64,000 nt of DNA from an uncultured Alphaproteobacteria bacterium (GCA_913041535.1 CAJWJK010000001.1:267557-331556); one strand, 5' to 3'. Shown: positions 11,327-22,795, numbered from the stretch's first letter. Notes: generated from the sequence alone by a model not told the origin. Translations and numbers: made by a program.

Positions 11327-11417
11327 TGGCGGAGGGAGTGGGATTCGAACCCACGGGACGCTTGCGGCGCCCACACGCTTTCCAAGCGTGCGCCTTAAGC
11401 CACTCGGCCATCCCTCC
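11327..11417 (-). tRNA. tRNA-Ser (anticodon GGA)
   Basis: Reverse complement GGAGGGATGGCCGAGTGG...CACGC-TT GGA AA-GCGTG...GGTTCGAATCCCACTCCCTCCGCCA. Confidence 0.96.
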
Positions 11418-11508
11418 TTCTCCATCAAAACGCTGCCAACTATAATGATAGGTGCGCCCACGAGCCAGCTCTGCAAGCACTCCATTTTGTAATAGATGAA
11501 ATTGAATT

Positions 11509-11826
11509 ATGACCGACATTAATTTCATAGCTTGGTGTTTTAGAACTGTGTCTGCTTCTATAGCTGTGGCGGATATAATATTTTTGGTGCTTGCTTACGA
11601 CTTTGCAGTATCGCCCATTGGATTCTGCTGGTATCAAATTAATCCCGATAGCCTTGTATTGGCCCAAGCGCTAATTCAGCGTCATTTGTGGCCGTATTTG
11701 TGGGATCCCATTATTACCACTGTCCTAATATGGCCCTTTTGGGTTCTTCTCGCTTTACTGTCAGTACTGAGCTTCGCCGTTTCAATGTTAGTGGTGTTAT
11801 GTTGGGGTCGAAATGTCAAACTATAG
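11509..11826 (+). CDS. Hypothetical small membrane protein
   Basis: 105 aa with two hydrophobic segments around G..WYQINPDSL...QALIQRHL.P.LWDP; fills the gap between the tRNA and lepA. Confidence 0.65.
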   Translation: MTDINFIAWCFRTVSASIAVADIIFLVLAYDFAVSPIGFCWYQINPDSLVLAQALIQRHLWPYLWDPIITTVLIWPFWVLLALLSVLSFAVSMLVVLCWGRNVKL

Positions 11827-11848
11827 ATAACCACGTTACGAAGAATGA

Positions 11849-13642
11849 TTAGGAATCTACCCTTAGGGCTGCTATGAAGGCTTCCTGAGGAATACTCACA
11901 GTACCCACCGTACGCATACGCTTCTTTCCCGCTTTTTGTTTTTCTAACAGCTTGCGCTTTCGGGTTGCATCACCACCATAACACTTCGCAGTGACGTCTT
12001 TTCTGAGCGCTTTAACTGTTTCACGCGCAATAATTCGCCCTCCTAGAGTGGCTTGAATAGCGATTTGGAAAAGCTGTCGCGGAATTAGCATTTTGAGTCG
12101 TTCACATAGGGCACGCCCTCTAATCTCGGCTCGGTCGCGGTGAACAATGGCGGCGAGAGCGTCAACGGGTTCGCCATTAACCAAGATTGTCAATTTGACA
12201 AGATCGCCGGGTTCGTATCCGTCGATCTGGTAATCAAAACTTGCGTAGCCGCGGCTTATGGACTTAAGCCGATCATAAAAGTCATACACTACTTCACTAA
12301 GGGGAAGCCTATAGATAAGGAGTGCGCGCTTACCTACATACGAAAGTTCAAGCTGAGTGCCTCGACGCTCTTCACATAAACCAAGCACAGAACCAAGATG
12401 TTCATCAGGCATTAATATTGTTGCTCGAATCCAAGGCTCAGAGATGTAATCTATGCGCGTTATATCGGGCATATCGGCAGGGTTGTGAAGTTCTATATTA
12501 TCTCCATTGGTTAGTACGATATGGTATACAACGCTAGGTGCCGTGGTAATGAGATCAAGATTGAATTCTCGTGAAAGGCGTTCCTGAATTATTTCCAAGT
12601 GTAAAAGACCTAAAAAACCGCACCTAAATCCCAGACCGATAGCGGCAGACGTTTCTGTCTCATAATGAAAACTTGAATCGTTCAGTCGTAACTTGGCCAA
12701 ACTATCTTTCAGTCGCGGAAATTCATCTGCATCCTCTGGAAAGAGTCCACAAAACACGACGGGAACGCTTGGTTTAAATCCTGGTAGCGGCTCACCTGTG
12801 GGTTGCAGGTGATCTGTAATAGTGTCACCGATATTGGTTTCTGAAACGGTCTTGATCCCAGCAGTGATAAAACCAATTTCTCCCGGTCCAAGTTGTTCAA
12901 TTAAATCAGGCTTAGGTGTGAAAACCCCAACACGTTCTACAGAATGCGTAGCGCCTGAGGACATCATCTGAATTTTGGTGTTCTTTTTTAAACTTCCGTC
13001 GTGAATTCGCACTAAAATGACTACACCGAGATATGCGTCATACCAGCTGTCTATTAACAACGCTTTCAGAGGTGCCTCAACTTGTCCTTGTGGACACGGG
13101 AGTTTGTCAACTACCTTTTCAAGCACCTCATCAATGCCAACGCCCATCTTTGCTGACACAGGGGTGCTTTCTGAGGTATCTAGTCCAATAACGTCCTCTA
13201 TTTGTTGACACACGCGTTTAGGCTCAGAGGCGGGGAGATCGATTTTGTTGAGAACAATTACTATTTCGTGATTTACATCTACGGCATGGTAAACATTGGC
13301 AAGGGTCTGGGCCTCCACTCCCTGACTTGCGTCGACAATTAGCACTGACCCTTCACAAGCTGCGAGAGAGCGGTTGACTTCGTACGAAAAGTCCACATGG
13401 CCCGGCGTATCCATTAGGTTAAGTTGATACGTTCTTCCATCTTTGGCTGTGTAATTAAGGCGCACAGTTTGTGCTTTAATGGTTATGCCACGTTCACGCT
13501 CAAGATCCATAGAGTCAAGAATTTGCTCACGCATCTCTCGTGACGACATGCCACCGCATCGTTCAATGAGTCGATCGGCGAGAGTTGATTTGCCATGATC
13601 AATATGAGCAATAATAGCAAAGTTTCTAATATGGGAGAGCAT
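11849..13642 (-). CDS. lepA: Translation elongation factor 4
   Basis: [50 protein letters not shown] and [10 protein letters not shown] 13642. Confidence 0.98.
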   Translation of the reverse strand: MLSHIRNFAIIAHIDHGKSTLADRLIERCGGMSSREMREQILDSMDLERERGITIKAQTVRLNYTAKDGRTYQLNLMDTPGHVDFSYEVNRSLAACEGSVLIVDASQGVEAQTLANVYHAVDVNHEIVIVLNKIDLPASEPKRVCQQIEDVIGLDTSESTPVSAKMGVGIDEVLEKVVDKLPCPQGQVEAPLKALLIDSWYDAYLGVVILVRIHDGSLKKNTKIQMMSSGATHSVERVGVFTPKPDLIEQLGPGEIGFITAGIKTVSETNIGDTITDHLQPTGEPLPGFKPSVPVVFCGLFPEDADEFPRLKDSLAKLRLNDSSFHYETETSAAIGLGFRCGFLGLLHLEIIQERLSREFNLDLITTAPSVVYHIVLTNGDNIELHNPADMPDITRIDYISEPWIRATILMPDEHLGSVLGLCEERRGTQLELSYVGKRALLIYRLPLSEVVYDFYDRLKSISRGYASFDYQIDGYEPGDLVKLTILVNGEPVDALAAIVHRDRAEIRGRALCERLKMLIPRQLFQIAIQATLGGRIIARETVKALRKDVTAKCYGGDATRKRKLLEKQKAGKKRMRTVGTVSIPQEAFIAALRVDS

Positions 13643-13661
13643 CTCTACTTCGTTTTCTGCC

Positions 13662-16067
13662 CTATTCTCGCAGGTGTCCACCAGTTGCTTTGCAAACTGC
13701 AGCAACGATGTTGTCTACTATGTGGGCAATTTCTGCATCTGTTAATGTTTTGTCGTGCGGCTGCAGGCGAACAGATAGAGCAACAGACTTCATATTTTTA
13801 CCTACAGATTCTCCAACAAACACATCAAACACTTGAACTGAATCTATAAGTTGTCGTTCGGCACTCTTGGCAGCGTGCTCCAGTGCGGTGGCTGGAAGAC
13901 TATTGTCGACAACGAAAGCAAGATCTCGACTGACCGAGGGTAAATCGGATGCTGATAGGGGTGGTTTGGTAGTCCTTGCGCGAGCCTTTAATTCTGGCAG
14001 CGAATCGAGAAATAATTCAAATGCGGCTACAGGGCCATCAATTTTTAACTCATCTAGCAAAGTCGGGTGTACGGTCCCAAAAGAACCTAATGTTCTTTTG
14101 GGTCCTAATTTAACAATGCCTGAAAGGCCAGGATGATACCATTGTGGTGCTGAGTTTATAATTTCTAGCCTGTCAGTAGGTATGCCGCAGGAGTCTAGGG
14201 CTCGCAATATGTCTGCTTTTGCATCAAACGTATCCACTCTTCGCGGTTCTGTTAGCCAGTGGCGTTCCCCATTGTTGTTCCAACGGATTCCAGCAGCCAC
14301 GTTGGCTTGACCAGTGGATGAGGTATCTCTGTAGACAGGACCGAGTTCGAAGAGTCGAATACTGTCGTGGCCGCGGTCAATATTCTGCCGACAAGCTGCT
14401 AGGAGATTTGGCAGCAAACTGGGTCTCATGTTTTCAAAGCCAGCGCTTATTGGGTTGGAAATTATAAGAGTCGGGTCAGCGCCACCAAAAAATTCTGCCA
14501 TTTGGTGAGGTATAAATGACCATGTTACCGTTTCAATTAAACCGTTGGCAGCTAATACTCTTCTAACTAAGTTGATTCGGCGCTGCGTAGCTGTGATTGC
14601 TGGGTGTGCTATTGAAGTTGTTCGAGTAAGAGGGATAGGGTCAATTTTATCGTAACCGTGGACTCGCGTGATCTCTTCAACAATATCTGCTGCACCAAAG
14701 ATATCACTTCGCCAGGAAGGCGGCGAAATCTGCATGGTTTTCCCGTTATTTTGGAACTCAAAACCAAGGGATTTAAGCGTCTGGCATATTTTAGGCTTGG
14801 TTGCCTTTAGACCGCCAAGGCTAAAGACCTGAGAAGGGCTGAAGTCTATGGTGCGCTGCCACCGTGGCGGTTCTCCGGAAATTACGAGATCACTTGGCTC
14901 TCCACCGCAAAGGTCAAGCACTAGTTTGGTGCCGACTTCTAGACCCTCTATAACTGACTCTGGATCCACTCCACGCTCAAATCGGTAGCGAGCATCGCTC
15001 TCAATGTTCAGTTCGCGCCCCGATTTAGCTGTGCGTACTGGATCGAAAAGTGCTGATTCAATGAAAACATTAACTGTGTCGGGGGTGCAACTTGATGCAA
15101 CACCCCCAACAATACCTCCGAGCGCTAGTGGGCCATTCTCATCTGCAACCACCGTAGTATAGTTTTCCAGCTTATGTGTTCGTCCATCTAGGGCGGGTAG
15201 AACTTCACCGACCTGAGATAAGCGCACTAGGATATTGCCGGACAGAGCGTCTGCATCAAACACGTGTAGTGGACGAGCGATATCGTGTGTTACAAGGTTA
15301 GTCATATCAACGAGCGCTGATATTGGCCGCAAGCCAATGGCACGTAATCGATTCTGGAGCCATCTTGGGCTTGGACCGTTATGGACATTTCTTATAAGAC
15401 GGCCGCCAAACATTGGGCATGCGTCACTGGTCTCAGGCGAAAACTCTAAGTTAACTTTAATTGGGCATTCGTATCGACCAGGGATGGGAGTAATCGAATT
15501 TTTCCTAAATTTTCCGAAACCAGCTGCAGATAGATCGCGAGCAATTCCTCGAACTCCCAGACAGTCTTGGCGGTTTGGAGTAATGGCAATTTCGATTATC
15601 GGGTCATCAAGTCCCATCACCGTCGCATACGGAACTCCTATTTGAGTGTTCTGGTCGAGTTCGATAATACCAGTATGATCTTCCCCCACACCTAGTTCGA
15701 GTTCAGAAACCAGCATCCCGTTGCTCTCAATACCGCGAATCTTCGCAGTTTTCAGTTGTATACCAGTGCCTGGTATCTTCGATCCTGTTGGAGCAAAAAC
15801 CCCGATCATACCAGAGTGTGCGTTGGGTGCCCCACACACCACTTGGTACGCTCCGGATAAAGTCTCTACATTACATACCTTTAGATGATCGGCGTTTGGG
15901 TGGGGAGAAGTGTCAATTACTTTTGCCGTAGTGAAAGCGTTTAGGGTCTTGGCGGAGTCAGTGACGCTCTCTACTTCGAGGCCAAGCGCTGTTAAGGCAG
16001 AACTTAACTCGTCGATACTTATATTCGTTTCGAGGTGTTCGTGGAGCCAGTTTTCAGTGAATTTCAT
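13662..16067 (-). CDS. pheT: Phenylalanyl-tRNA synthetase beta subunit
   Basis: [35 protein letters not shown] and C-terminal FDX-ACB domain. Confidence 0.97.
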   Translation of the reverse strand: MKFTENWLHEHLETNISIDELSSALTALGLEVESVTDSAKTLNAFTTAKVIDTSPHPNADHLKVCNVETLSGAYQVVCGAPNAHSGMIGVFAPTGSKIPGTGIQLKTAKIRGIESNGMLVSELELGVGEDHTGIIELDQNTQIGVPYATVMGLDDPIIEIAITPNRQDCLGVRGIARDLSAAGFGKFRKNSITPIPGRYECPIKVNLEFSPETSDACPMFGGRLIRNVHNGPSPRWLQNRLRAIGLRPISALVDMTNLVTHDIARPLHVFDADALSGNILVRLSQVGEVLPALDGRTHKLENYTTVVADENGPLALGGIVGGVASSCTPDTVNVFIESALFDPVRTAKSGRELNIESDARYRFERGVDPESVIEGLEVGTKLVLDLCGGEPSDLVISGEPPRWQRTIDFSPSQVFSLGGLKATKPKICQTLKSLGFEFQNNGKTMQISPPSWRSDIFGAADIVEEITRVHGYDKIDPIPLTRTTSIAHPAITATQRRINLVRRVLAANGLIETVTWSFIPHQMAEFFGGADPTLIISNPISAGFENMRPSLLPNLLAACRQNIDRGHDSIRLFELGPVYRDTSSTGQANVAAGIRWNNNGERHWLTEPRRVDTFDAKADILRALDSCGIPTDRLEIINSAPQWYHPGLSGIVKLGPKRTLGSFGTVHPTLLDELKIDGPVAAFELFLDSLPELKARARTTKPPLSASDLPSVSRDLAFVVDNSLPATALEHAAKSAERQLIDSVQVFDVFVGESVGKNMKSVALSVRLQPHDKTLTDAEIAHIVDNIVAAVCKATGGHLRE

Positions 16068-16097
16068 ACCGACTGATCCGCCAGAAATTTGTGGAAA

Positions 16098-17174
16098 TTA
16101 AAGAGCTAAACCACTCGCAAGATTTGGCATGTTAAATGGCCTAAATCCATAGTGTCGAAGCCATCGCAAGTCAGAATCGAAAAATGCTCTTAGGTCGGGT
16201 ATTCCATATTTTAACATTGCCGCCCGATCAATTCCCAGTCCAAACGCAAATCCTTGATATTTTTCGGAATCTAGACCGACGTGCTGCAGAACACGAGGGT
16301 TTACCATCCCACATCCGAGAATCTCCAACCAGTCGTTTCCCTCACCAATCACTATGGAATCCTTACCGCGGGAACAACCAATATCCATTTCAGCTGACGG
16401 CTCAGTGAACGGAAAGTAACTTGGTCGGAAACGCATTCGCAACGAACTACTCTCAAAAAACGTGCGAGCAAATGTCTCAAGACACCCCTTTAAATGCCCC
16501 ATATGAACAGCAGTATCAATGGCTAGGCCTTCCACCTGATGAAACATTGGCGTGTGCGTTTGGTCCGAATCACAGCGGTAGGTGCGACCTGGTGCAATAA
16601 TTCGATACGGCGGTTTAGTTGATAGCATGTGACGAATCTGAACAGGGGATGTATGAGTCCTTAGCAGCATCCTTTCATCGTTATTCATGGGAGCAAAATA
16701 AAATGTGTCATGCATTTGTCGAGCAGGATGTTCGGCTGGGATATTGAGAGCAGTAAAATTGTGAAAATCATCTTCAATATCTGGTCCAGTGGCAACTGTG
16801 AACCCCATATCCGCAAATATGGCAATTATTTCCTCAGTTACTTGGCTGACTGGGTGAATACGCCCCTCTTGCATCGGTCTCGGTGCTAACGTCACGTCAA
16901 CCGATTCTCCAGAGACTTGGCCAGCAACAGATTCATGGCGCAACTCACGCTCTTTTGTCCCTATTGCCGCGACAACCACAGTTTTGAGTTTATTCAGTAT
17001 AGGCCCTGTTCGTTTTCGATCTTCCGGCGCCATGGGTCCAAGAGTGCGCATCAATCCAGTAATTTGGCCTTTGCGACCGATTGCTGAGACCCGCAATCTG
17101 TCGAGTTCCTCTTTATCTTTGGCCGATGCGATATCAGACAAAAGCCTTTCTTGAAGATTCTCTAGATCCGGCAT
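16098..17174 (-). CDS. pheS: Phenylalanyl-tRNA synthetase alpha subunit
   Basis: HPARQMHDTF, LRTHTSPVQ, THTPMFHQVEG, FRPSYFPFTEPS and GFAFGLG. Confidence 0.98.
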   Translation of the reverse strand: MPDLENLQERLLSDIASAKDKEELDRLRVSAIGRKGQITGLMRTLGPMAPEDRKRTGPILNKLKTVVVAAIGTKERELRHESVAGQVSGESVDVTLAPRPMQEGRIHPVSQVTEEIIAIFADMGFTVATGPDIEDDFHNFTALNIPAEHPARQMHDTFYFAPMNNDERMLLRTHTSPVQIRHMLSTKPPYRIIAPGRTYRCDSDQTHTPMFHQVEGLAIDTAVHMGHLKGCLETFARTFFESSSLRMRFRPSYFPFTEPSAEMDIGCSRGKDSIVIGEGNDWLEILGCGMVNPRVLQHVGLDSEKYQGFAFGLGIDRAAMLKYGIPDLRAFFDSDLRWLRHYGFRPFNMPNLASGLAL

Positions 17175-17229
17175 TAGTCACCCCCCACAGGGGCCAAGCC
17201 ATTGTTTGTCGTCACAAAATTACCTGTAG

Positions 17230-17598
17230 TCAGGTCGATTCGGCATCTAGGGCCGCTTTTGCTTGCTTTACTAACGCATCAAAAGCTGCGGGTTCACGTA
17301 CTGCTAAGTCGGCCAGGACTTTGCGGTCAACATTAATGTTAGCAAGTCGTAAGCCATTCATGAAGCGACCATATGTCATACCAGCTTGGCGTGCAGCTGC
17401 GTTAATACGTTGTATCCACAGAGATCGAAAATTACGTTTGCGATTACGGCGATCACGATACGAGTATTGAAGCCCTTTTTCGACTTTTTCAAGTGCAATA
17501 CGAAACGCTGTATGATTGCGACCGCGATAACCGCGAGCCAATTTTAAGACTTTCTTATGGCGCGAGTGTGCTGTAACTCCACGTCTGACGCGTGCCAT
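17230..17598 (-). CDS. rplT: 50S ribosomal protein L20
   Basis: [29 protein letters not shown] and DRKVLADLA. Confidence 0.98.
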   Translation of the reverse strand: MARVRRGVTAHSRHKKVLKLARGYRGRNHTAFRIALEKVEKGLQYSYRDRRNRKRNFRSLWIQRINAAARQAGMTYGRFMNGLRLANINVDRKVLADLAVREPAAFDALVKQAKAALDAEST

Positions 17599-17609
17599 AC
17601 TTTTAATCC

Positions 17610-17807
17610 TTATCCGTAGGGCATAAACGGCTTAACAATCTTGGCATCCGAACTTGCCATAATCGTTGAGCCTCGTTTGTCGCGGATCTGTTTCTGAGTT
17701 CGCTTCATCATCCCATGCCGCTTACCGGCGTAGTGTCTACGCACCTTACCTTTAGCGGTTAGGCTGAACCGTCCCTTGGTGCTACTTTTTGTCTTCAACT
17801 TTGGCAT
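17610..17807 (-). CDS. rpmI: 50S ribosomal protein L35
   Basis: [16 protein letters not shown]; 65 aa, directly upstream of rplT. Confidence 0.97.
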   Translation of the reverse strand: MPKLKTKSSTKGRFSLTAKGKVRRHYAGKRHGMMKRTQKQIRDKRGSTIMASSDAKIVKPFMPYG

Positions 17808-17844
17808 AGTGGCTCACCTGCACCTGCCCGACTTGTTCAGGCTG

Positions 17845-17880
17845 AGGCGCGGTTATAGCGACCACTAGCCCGGAACGCAA
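17845..17880 (-). promoter_or_regulatory. Putative sigma70 promoter of rpmI-rplT with GC-rich discriminator
   Basis: Minus strand TTGCGT (17880-17875)-N17-TATAAC (17857-17852), followed by CGCGCC. Confidence 0.6.
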
Positions 17881-17930
17881 GTAATCGGTGAGTACTTGGT
17901 ACTATGTTAAATGCAGTTAAGTCTAAAAAA

Positions 17931-18800
17931 TTATTGTGATGGGGTTTCGGCGATGACTGTTGTACGGTGAAGGTAACGGGAATCTTCGTAGTCCACTACT
18001 GCATAATGCATAAGCGACCTGTTATCCCATACAGTCAAATCACCTACTTCCCAGCGATGTCGATAAATGAATTCATGACGTAGCGCATGATTATATAACA
18101 TATTCAATAGGGGCTCACTCTCGGCTGAGGCAAAGCCGTCTATCGCAGCAGTGAATCCCGGATTGACATATAGTGCTTGGCGTTTCGTTTCAGGGTGTGT
18201 AATGACCACTGGGTGTATGTGCCTATTTTGTCCATCGAAGTCCGTTTGTAGCAATTGGTCTGCTGTGTAGGTGCCGCTGTTTTCAGCGGCGACAGCAAAG
18301 TCGTGGATAGCACGCAGATTTCCGATCATATCTTTCATTCCGGAAGATAGTTCGGAATATGCTGCGTACATGTTGACAAATAGTGTATCACCTCCGCTTG
18401 CTGGCACTTCGATGGCGTAGAGAAGAGAGGCTTGGGCAGGTTTTGCGCGAAATGAAACGTCTGAATGCCAGTAGTTACCCGCTTTAGGTCGACCTTGGGG
18501 CTCGCCATCCTTTAACTTATTGGACACACGAAATATTGCTGGTTGTCCTGGTAGCAGATACTTCAGAACAGTTTCCTGAAACTGATCCGCTTCACCAAAG
18601 AGAGGTCCGAAGCGACGGCTGAAAGCCACTTGCTGATCAGGAGTTAAGCATTGGTTCTTAAATACTAAAAGGCCATCGTTATCGAGCCAAGCTTTGTACA
18701 AGGATGCGAACGTTTCGTCGTCTATGGAATTAGAAAGGTCTATACCGTGCACCTCAGCTCCAAGAATCGGGCAAAGCTTCTGAATATGGAATTGTGTCAA
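17931..18800 (-). CDS. TauD/TfdA family Fe(II)/2-oxoglutarate dioxygenase
   Basis: GAEV.GIDL, WHSDVSF (HxD), GGDT.F, HPVVITHPET and WDNR...HYA. Confidence 0.92.
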   Translation of the reverse strand: MTQFHIQKLCPILGAEVHGIDLSNSIDDETFASLYKAWLDNDGLLVFKNQCLTPDQQVAFSRRFGPLFGEADQFQETVLKYLLPGQPAIFRVSNKLKDGEPQGRPKAGNYWHSDVSFRAKPAQASLLYAIEVPASGGDTLFVNMYAAYSELSSGMKDMIGNLRAIHDFAVAAENSGTYTADQLLQTDFDGQNRHIHPVVITHPETKRQALYVNPGFTAAIDGFASAESEPLLNMLYNHALRHEFIYRHRWEVGDLTVWDNRSLMHYAVVDYEDSRYLHRTTVIAETPSQ

Positions 18801-18814
18801 TGTTCTATCCTTGT

Positions 18815-19987
18815 TTATAAGAGTTCACGGTAGACATCTAGGGTGCTTGAGCACATCTGGCTTATGGAGAAATTCATTTCAATATGGGCTCGGGCATTAG
18901 CTGCAATATCGGAGCGAGCAGTGGCGTCAAGCGCAAGAGCCTCTTTAAGGGCTTTTGCTAAAGCTGGTGGATTGTTCGGAGGCACCAACCAACCAGTGCG
19001 GCCGGGGAGCACAGTTTCTCTTGCACCTCCATGATCGGTAGCTATGACGGGGCGCCCCATGGCTTGGGCTTCAGCTGCAATGCGCCCGAATGCTTCTGGT
19101 TCAACGGATGCCGAGACGACGACATCAGCCATCATATATGCGGCAGCCATGTCATCGCATTGATCTATCACGGCAACTTGTGAATCAACCCCCCGGGTTA
19201 CAATATGCCTTTTTAATTCTGAGCTGTAGCGTCTGTCCTTTGCGCTGGCACCTACTAGCAAACACCTCAAGTTGGGAATACTCAGTTGTGCAATAGCATC
19301 AATCAACACTTTGTGGCCCTTCCATCTGGCCATTCGTCCGGGAAGCATGACAACTGGCATTCCATCGGGCAGGCGCCACTTTTCTGCTAAGCGAATCATT
19401 CGAGCAGAAGTAACTAAGTTTGCGTCGTAAGCATCAAGGTCTATACCGCGACGAACCGTTCTTAATTTATGATCTTGAACCTTATAATTTCTCTGGGCGT
19501 AGTTGGCCATAAATTCGGAGATAGCGATTACGCGGTCCCCCTTCGCCATGATGTTGTTATACCAGAGTTTGGCTGAATTTGAGGCACCATAGGCGCCGTG
19601 AAATCCGGTTACCAACCTCTTGCCGGTAAGGCTTACTGCTGCACGAGCACACCACGCCGGTGCGCGACTGCTGGCATGTACTATGTCTACATCCTGTGTC
19701 CGTATAAGAGATGCCATCTTTTGGACGTTATAGAGCATCACCATTGGGTTTTTGCTGTGCATTGGCAGTGTAATATGTGTTGCGCCAGCCCGCTCTATGT
19801 CCCTAACCATCGGGCCGCCGCTTGAGGCAACAAGAGATGTCCAGCCGGCGGAGCTTATGGCCGCGGCGATATCTACGGTGCCACGCTCTACGCCACCGGT
19901 AAACAATGCTGGAATAACCTGAAGCACCACAGGGTGCCGTCTAGGCGGATTCGATGTAGAGGTGATAGAGTAATCAAGTTTGCTCAT
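18815..19987 (-). CDS. Glycosyltransferase family 4
   Basis: GGVERG, HASSRAPAW, GRMARWKGH and EAFGRIAAEAQAMG (E-x7-E). Confidence 0.92.
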   Translation of the reverse strand: MSKLDYSITSTSNPPRRHPVVLQVIPALFTGGVERGTVDIAAAISSAGWTSLVASSGGPMVRDIERAGATHITLPMHSKNPMVMLYNVQKMASLIRTQDVDIVHASSRAPAWCARAAVSLTGKRLVTGFHGAYGASNSAKLWYNNIMAKGDRVIAISEFMANYAQRNYKVQDHKLRTVRRGIDLDAYDANLVTSARMIRLAEKWRLPDGMPVVMLPGRMARWKGHKVLIDAIAQLSIPNLRCLLVGASAKDRRYSSELKRHIVTRGVDSQVAVIDQCDDMAAAYMMADVVVSASVEPEAFGRIAAEAQAMGRPVIATDHGGARETVLPGRTGWLVPPNNPPALAKALKEALALDATARSDIAANARAHIEMNFSISQMCSSTLDVYRELL

Positions 19988-20031
19988 ACAGATTCTTTTT
20001 GGTCAATATAATACTATCAAGTTTTAGCATA

Positions 20032-20799
20032 GTGACTCAGTTGAATAACATAACGGGACAAATTAAGCGCCCCGATGGTGAAACCATCGCTTATTGTGCT
20101 TCACCAGGCAACACCCCCGGTGTCATCTTCTGTGGTGGATTTGCATCGGACATGTCAGGCACTAAAGCAAATGCGCTCGATATCGAGTGTCGGAAAACCG
20201 GGCGTGCGTTTGTACGTTTTGATTACAGAGGCCATGGTGCATCATCTGGTGAATTCGTGGATGGAACTATTGGCGCGTGGGTAGAGGATGCGATTGCGGT
20301 TTTTGATTCTGTAACAGACGGACCACAATTAGTTGTGGGTTCTAGCATGGGCGGATGGATTATGGTTTTGCTTGCTCTTGCCCGTCCGTCTCGGATTAAA
20401 GGCCTTATTGGTTTGGCGGCAGCACCTGATTTTACGGAAGAGCTACTGTGGGGTCGTTATGATGAGGTAAAGCGCAATGCTATTCAAAGTCAGGGCTTCG
20501 TTATCGAACCGTCAGATTATGGAGATTCGCCATACATAGTTACTAAACAATTGATTGAAGAGGGAAGAAATCATCTTGTTCTGCAGAAGTATATTTCTTT
20601 GAATTGTCCCGTGAGGCTAATTCATGGCATGCAAGATCAGGACGTGCCATTTGAATATTCAATTCGTTTAGCCGAGCGACTGCAAAGCACAGATGTAAAC
20701 GTCACGCTTGTAAAAGATGGAAATCACCGATTGTCAGATCCTAGTGACATCCAACGAATGACAAAAACCTTGAATACGCTGTGTCAGGAAGTGTCTTGA
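20032..20799 (+). CDS. Alpha/beta hydrolase (ABHD10-like)
   Basis: GF.SDM.GTKA, RFDYRGHG, nucleophile elbow GSSMGG, HGMQD.DVP and G.HRLS. Start uncertain (19999, 20032 or 20041). Confidence 0.88.
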   Translation: MTQLNNITGQIKRPDGETIAYCASPGNTPGVIFCGGFASDMSGTKANALDIECRKTGRAFVRFDYRGHGASSGEFVDGTIGAWVEDAIAVFDSVTDGPQLVVGSSMGGWIMVLLALARPSRIKGLIGLAAAPDFTEELLWGRYDEVKRNAIQSQGFVIEPSDYGDSPYIVTKQLIEEGRNHLVLQKYISLNCPVRLIHGMQDQDVPFEYSIRLAERLQSTDVNVTLVKDGNHRLSDPSDIQRMTKTLNTLCQEVS

Positions 20800-21665
20800 T
20801 GTTTATGCAGGGCATCAAGGCCAGCGCGGTAGTTAGGGTACCGAAGGTTTACACCAAGTCTTTTCTTTATTCGATCGTTACGTACCCGTTTATTGTCATT
20901 GTAGAAACTGCGGGCCATTGGAGATAGTTCAGCACTTTCTATCGGCAAGAGGGGTGGAGGAGTTACGTCCAATAGGTTGCATGCGTATTCAGTTACTTCC
21001 GTTGGAGAGGTAGGCTCATCATCGCAAACGTTGTAGGTGGTACCGGGGGCCGGCTGTAGCATTGATGCAAATAATACTTCCACAATGTCATCGATGTGAA
21101 TTCGTGAAAATACCTGGCCTGGTTTGTCGATACGCCGAGCAGTATGACGTTGGATGGCCAACAGTTGATTGCGATTCGGGCCATAAATACCCGCAAGCCT
21201 GAATACATGAACCGGCACATCGTTCTTATCCCATAACTCTAACCAGGCATCTTCTGCTTCTGCTCGACGGTGTCCGCGATTGCTTGTGGGGCGCCTTTCG
21301 GATTCCTCATCTACCCAGTCACCGGAGCGGTTCCCATATACTGCGGTAGTTGAAAGGTATCCAACCCAAACAAGGTTGGGCATCTGTGTAATGTATTTTC
21401 TATAGTGCCTTAGAACAGGATCTCCTTTTTCGCTGGGCGGCACCGAAGTTAATAGGTGGGTGATATTGGACAGGATCTCTAACCCAAATGATGCGGTGCT
21501 GCCGTCGAATATATAAGCTTGTATTCCACGCTTAAGCAGCTCTTCATGCTTATCCTGATTTCGGCAAGTGCCTGCTATTGACCAGTTAAGGGAGACGATC
21601 TTTTCTGCAAGTGCTGTTGCTGAGTAACCCATACCAAAACAAAATAAACTCTTCATTCCAGCCAC
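20784..21665 (-). CDS. Atypical SDR / NAD-dependent epimerase-dehydratase
   Basis: FGMGYSA, YLSTTAVYG, RLAGIYGP, FSRIHIDDI and YPNYRAGL. Confidence 0.85.
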   Translation of the reverse strand: MAGMKSLFCFGMGYSATALAEKIVSLNWSIAGTCRNQDKHEELLKRGIQAYIFDGSTASFGLEILSNITHLLTSVPPSEKGDPVLRHYRKYITQMPNLVWVGYLSTTAVYGNRSGDWVDEESERRPTSNRGHRRAEAEDAWLELWDKNDVPVHVFRLAGIYGPNRNQLLAIQRHTARRIDKPGQVFSRIHIDDIVEVLFASMLQPAPGTTYNVCDDEPTSPTEVTEYACNLLDVTPPPLLPIESAELSPMARSFYNDNKRVRNDRIKKRLGVNLRYPNYRAGLDALHKHQDTS

Positions 21666-22795
21666 TCCGCGCGGACCGATTCCTCATTTTCTTCAAGTAA
21701 ATGGTCTTGTCGATGACGGGTGATCGTTTCTTTATCAGCAAGTTGTTTTAAGGCCCAAACTGCCATGGCACGTACCAGATGGGAAGGATCTGATAATAGT
21801 TTTTCTATTAATGGCAGGGCGTTCAAATCGCCAGAGTTACCAAGAGCAATAAGAACGTTACGAACAAACCGATTGCGACCGGTTCGTTTGATTGCTGTTC
21901 CAGAAAAGAGTTGACGAAAGCTATTGTCGTCTAGGCTCGCAAGTTCTATCAAGCGAGGTCCAACCAGAGAATCTCGTGGTTCAAAAGCAGACTCACGTGC
22001 CGTGTGAGCAAATTTGTTCCAAGGACATACAGCAAGGCAATCATCACATCCATAGATCCTGTTTGCCATTGGCCGCCGAAATTCCCTAGGAATATGATCT
22101 TTGTGTTCAATTGTTAGGTACGAGAGACATCTATTTGCGTCTAATTTGTATGGCTCTGGAAATGCCTTGGTAGGGCATGCGTCAAGACATGCATGGCAGG
22201 AGCCGCAATAGTCATTATGCCCATTACCGTCCGACACTAGATCAAGAGTTGTAAATAGTGCGCCAAGGAAAAGCCAGGACCCGTGCTTTCGCGAGACGAG
22301 GTTTGTATGTTTACCTTGCCAGCCAAGGCTAGCGCTCATAGCCAAAGGTTTTTCCATTACAGGAGCAGTATCCACGAAGACTTTGACTTGACATTCCATC
22401 GTGTCGACTATCCATTGCCCTAGCATTTTCAGCCGATCCTTTATTACGGTATGGTAGTCTTTTCCTTGTGCATATATAGATATTGCTCCCTGTGTTTGGG
22501 ACTTAAGCAGCTCAAGTGGATCACTACGGGGGCCATAGTTCATGCTAACCATTACTATGCTGCGAACCTCTGGCCAAAGATTGTTGGGGTTAGATCGTCT
22601 TTCTGGATTGGATGCTAGCCATTCCATGTTTGCGTGCCAGCCATTTGATATATAGCTCTTGAAGGATTCTTGATCAGATTTAGCTATTATTGGTTTGGTG
22701 AAACCGAGGTCGTCGAAGCCCAAGGCTTTAGCCTTGTTTCGTATCTGCACTTCAGTGGAGGGCTTATCTGTAGTGTTAGAAATCAAGGTTTGCAT
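21653..22795 (-). CDS. queG: tRNA epoxyqueuosine(34) reductase
   Basis: DYH..IK, FVDTAPVMEK, CGSCHACLDACPT, CLSYLTIE and YGCDDCLAVCPWN. Start set to ATG 22795. Confidence 0.96.
   Translation of the reverse strand: MQTLISNTTDKPSTEVQIRNKAKALGFDDLGFTKPIIAKSDQESFKSYISNGWHANMEWLASNPERRSNPNNLWPEVRSIVMVSMNYGPRSDPLELLKSQTQGAISIYAQGKDYHTVIKDRLKMLGQWIVDTMECQVKVFVDTAPVMEKPLAMSASLGWQGKHTNLVSRKHGSWLFLGALFTTLDLVSDGNGHNDYCGSCHACLDACPTKAFPEPYKLDANRCLSYLTIEHKDHIPREFRRPMANRIYGCDDCLAVCPWNKFAHTARESAFEPRDSLVGPRLIELASLDDNSFRQLFSGTAIKRTGRNRFVRNVLIALGNSGDLNALPLIEKLLSDPSHLVRAMAVWALKQLADKETITRHRQDHLLEENEESVRAEWLE

Noticed and set aside
11275-11385. N-terminal extension of egtB in the ORF track; similar extensions for lepA, queG and the lyase after gmaS
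   Set aside because: They run into a tRNA or the upstream gene; downstream ATGs match family N-termini.
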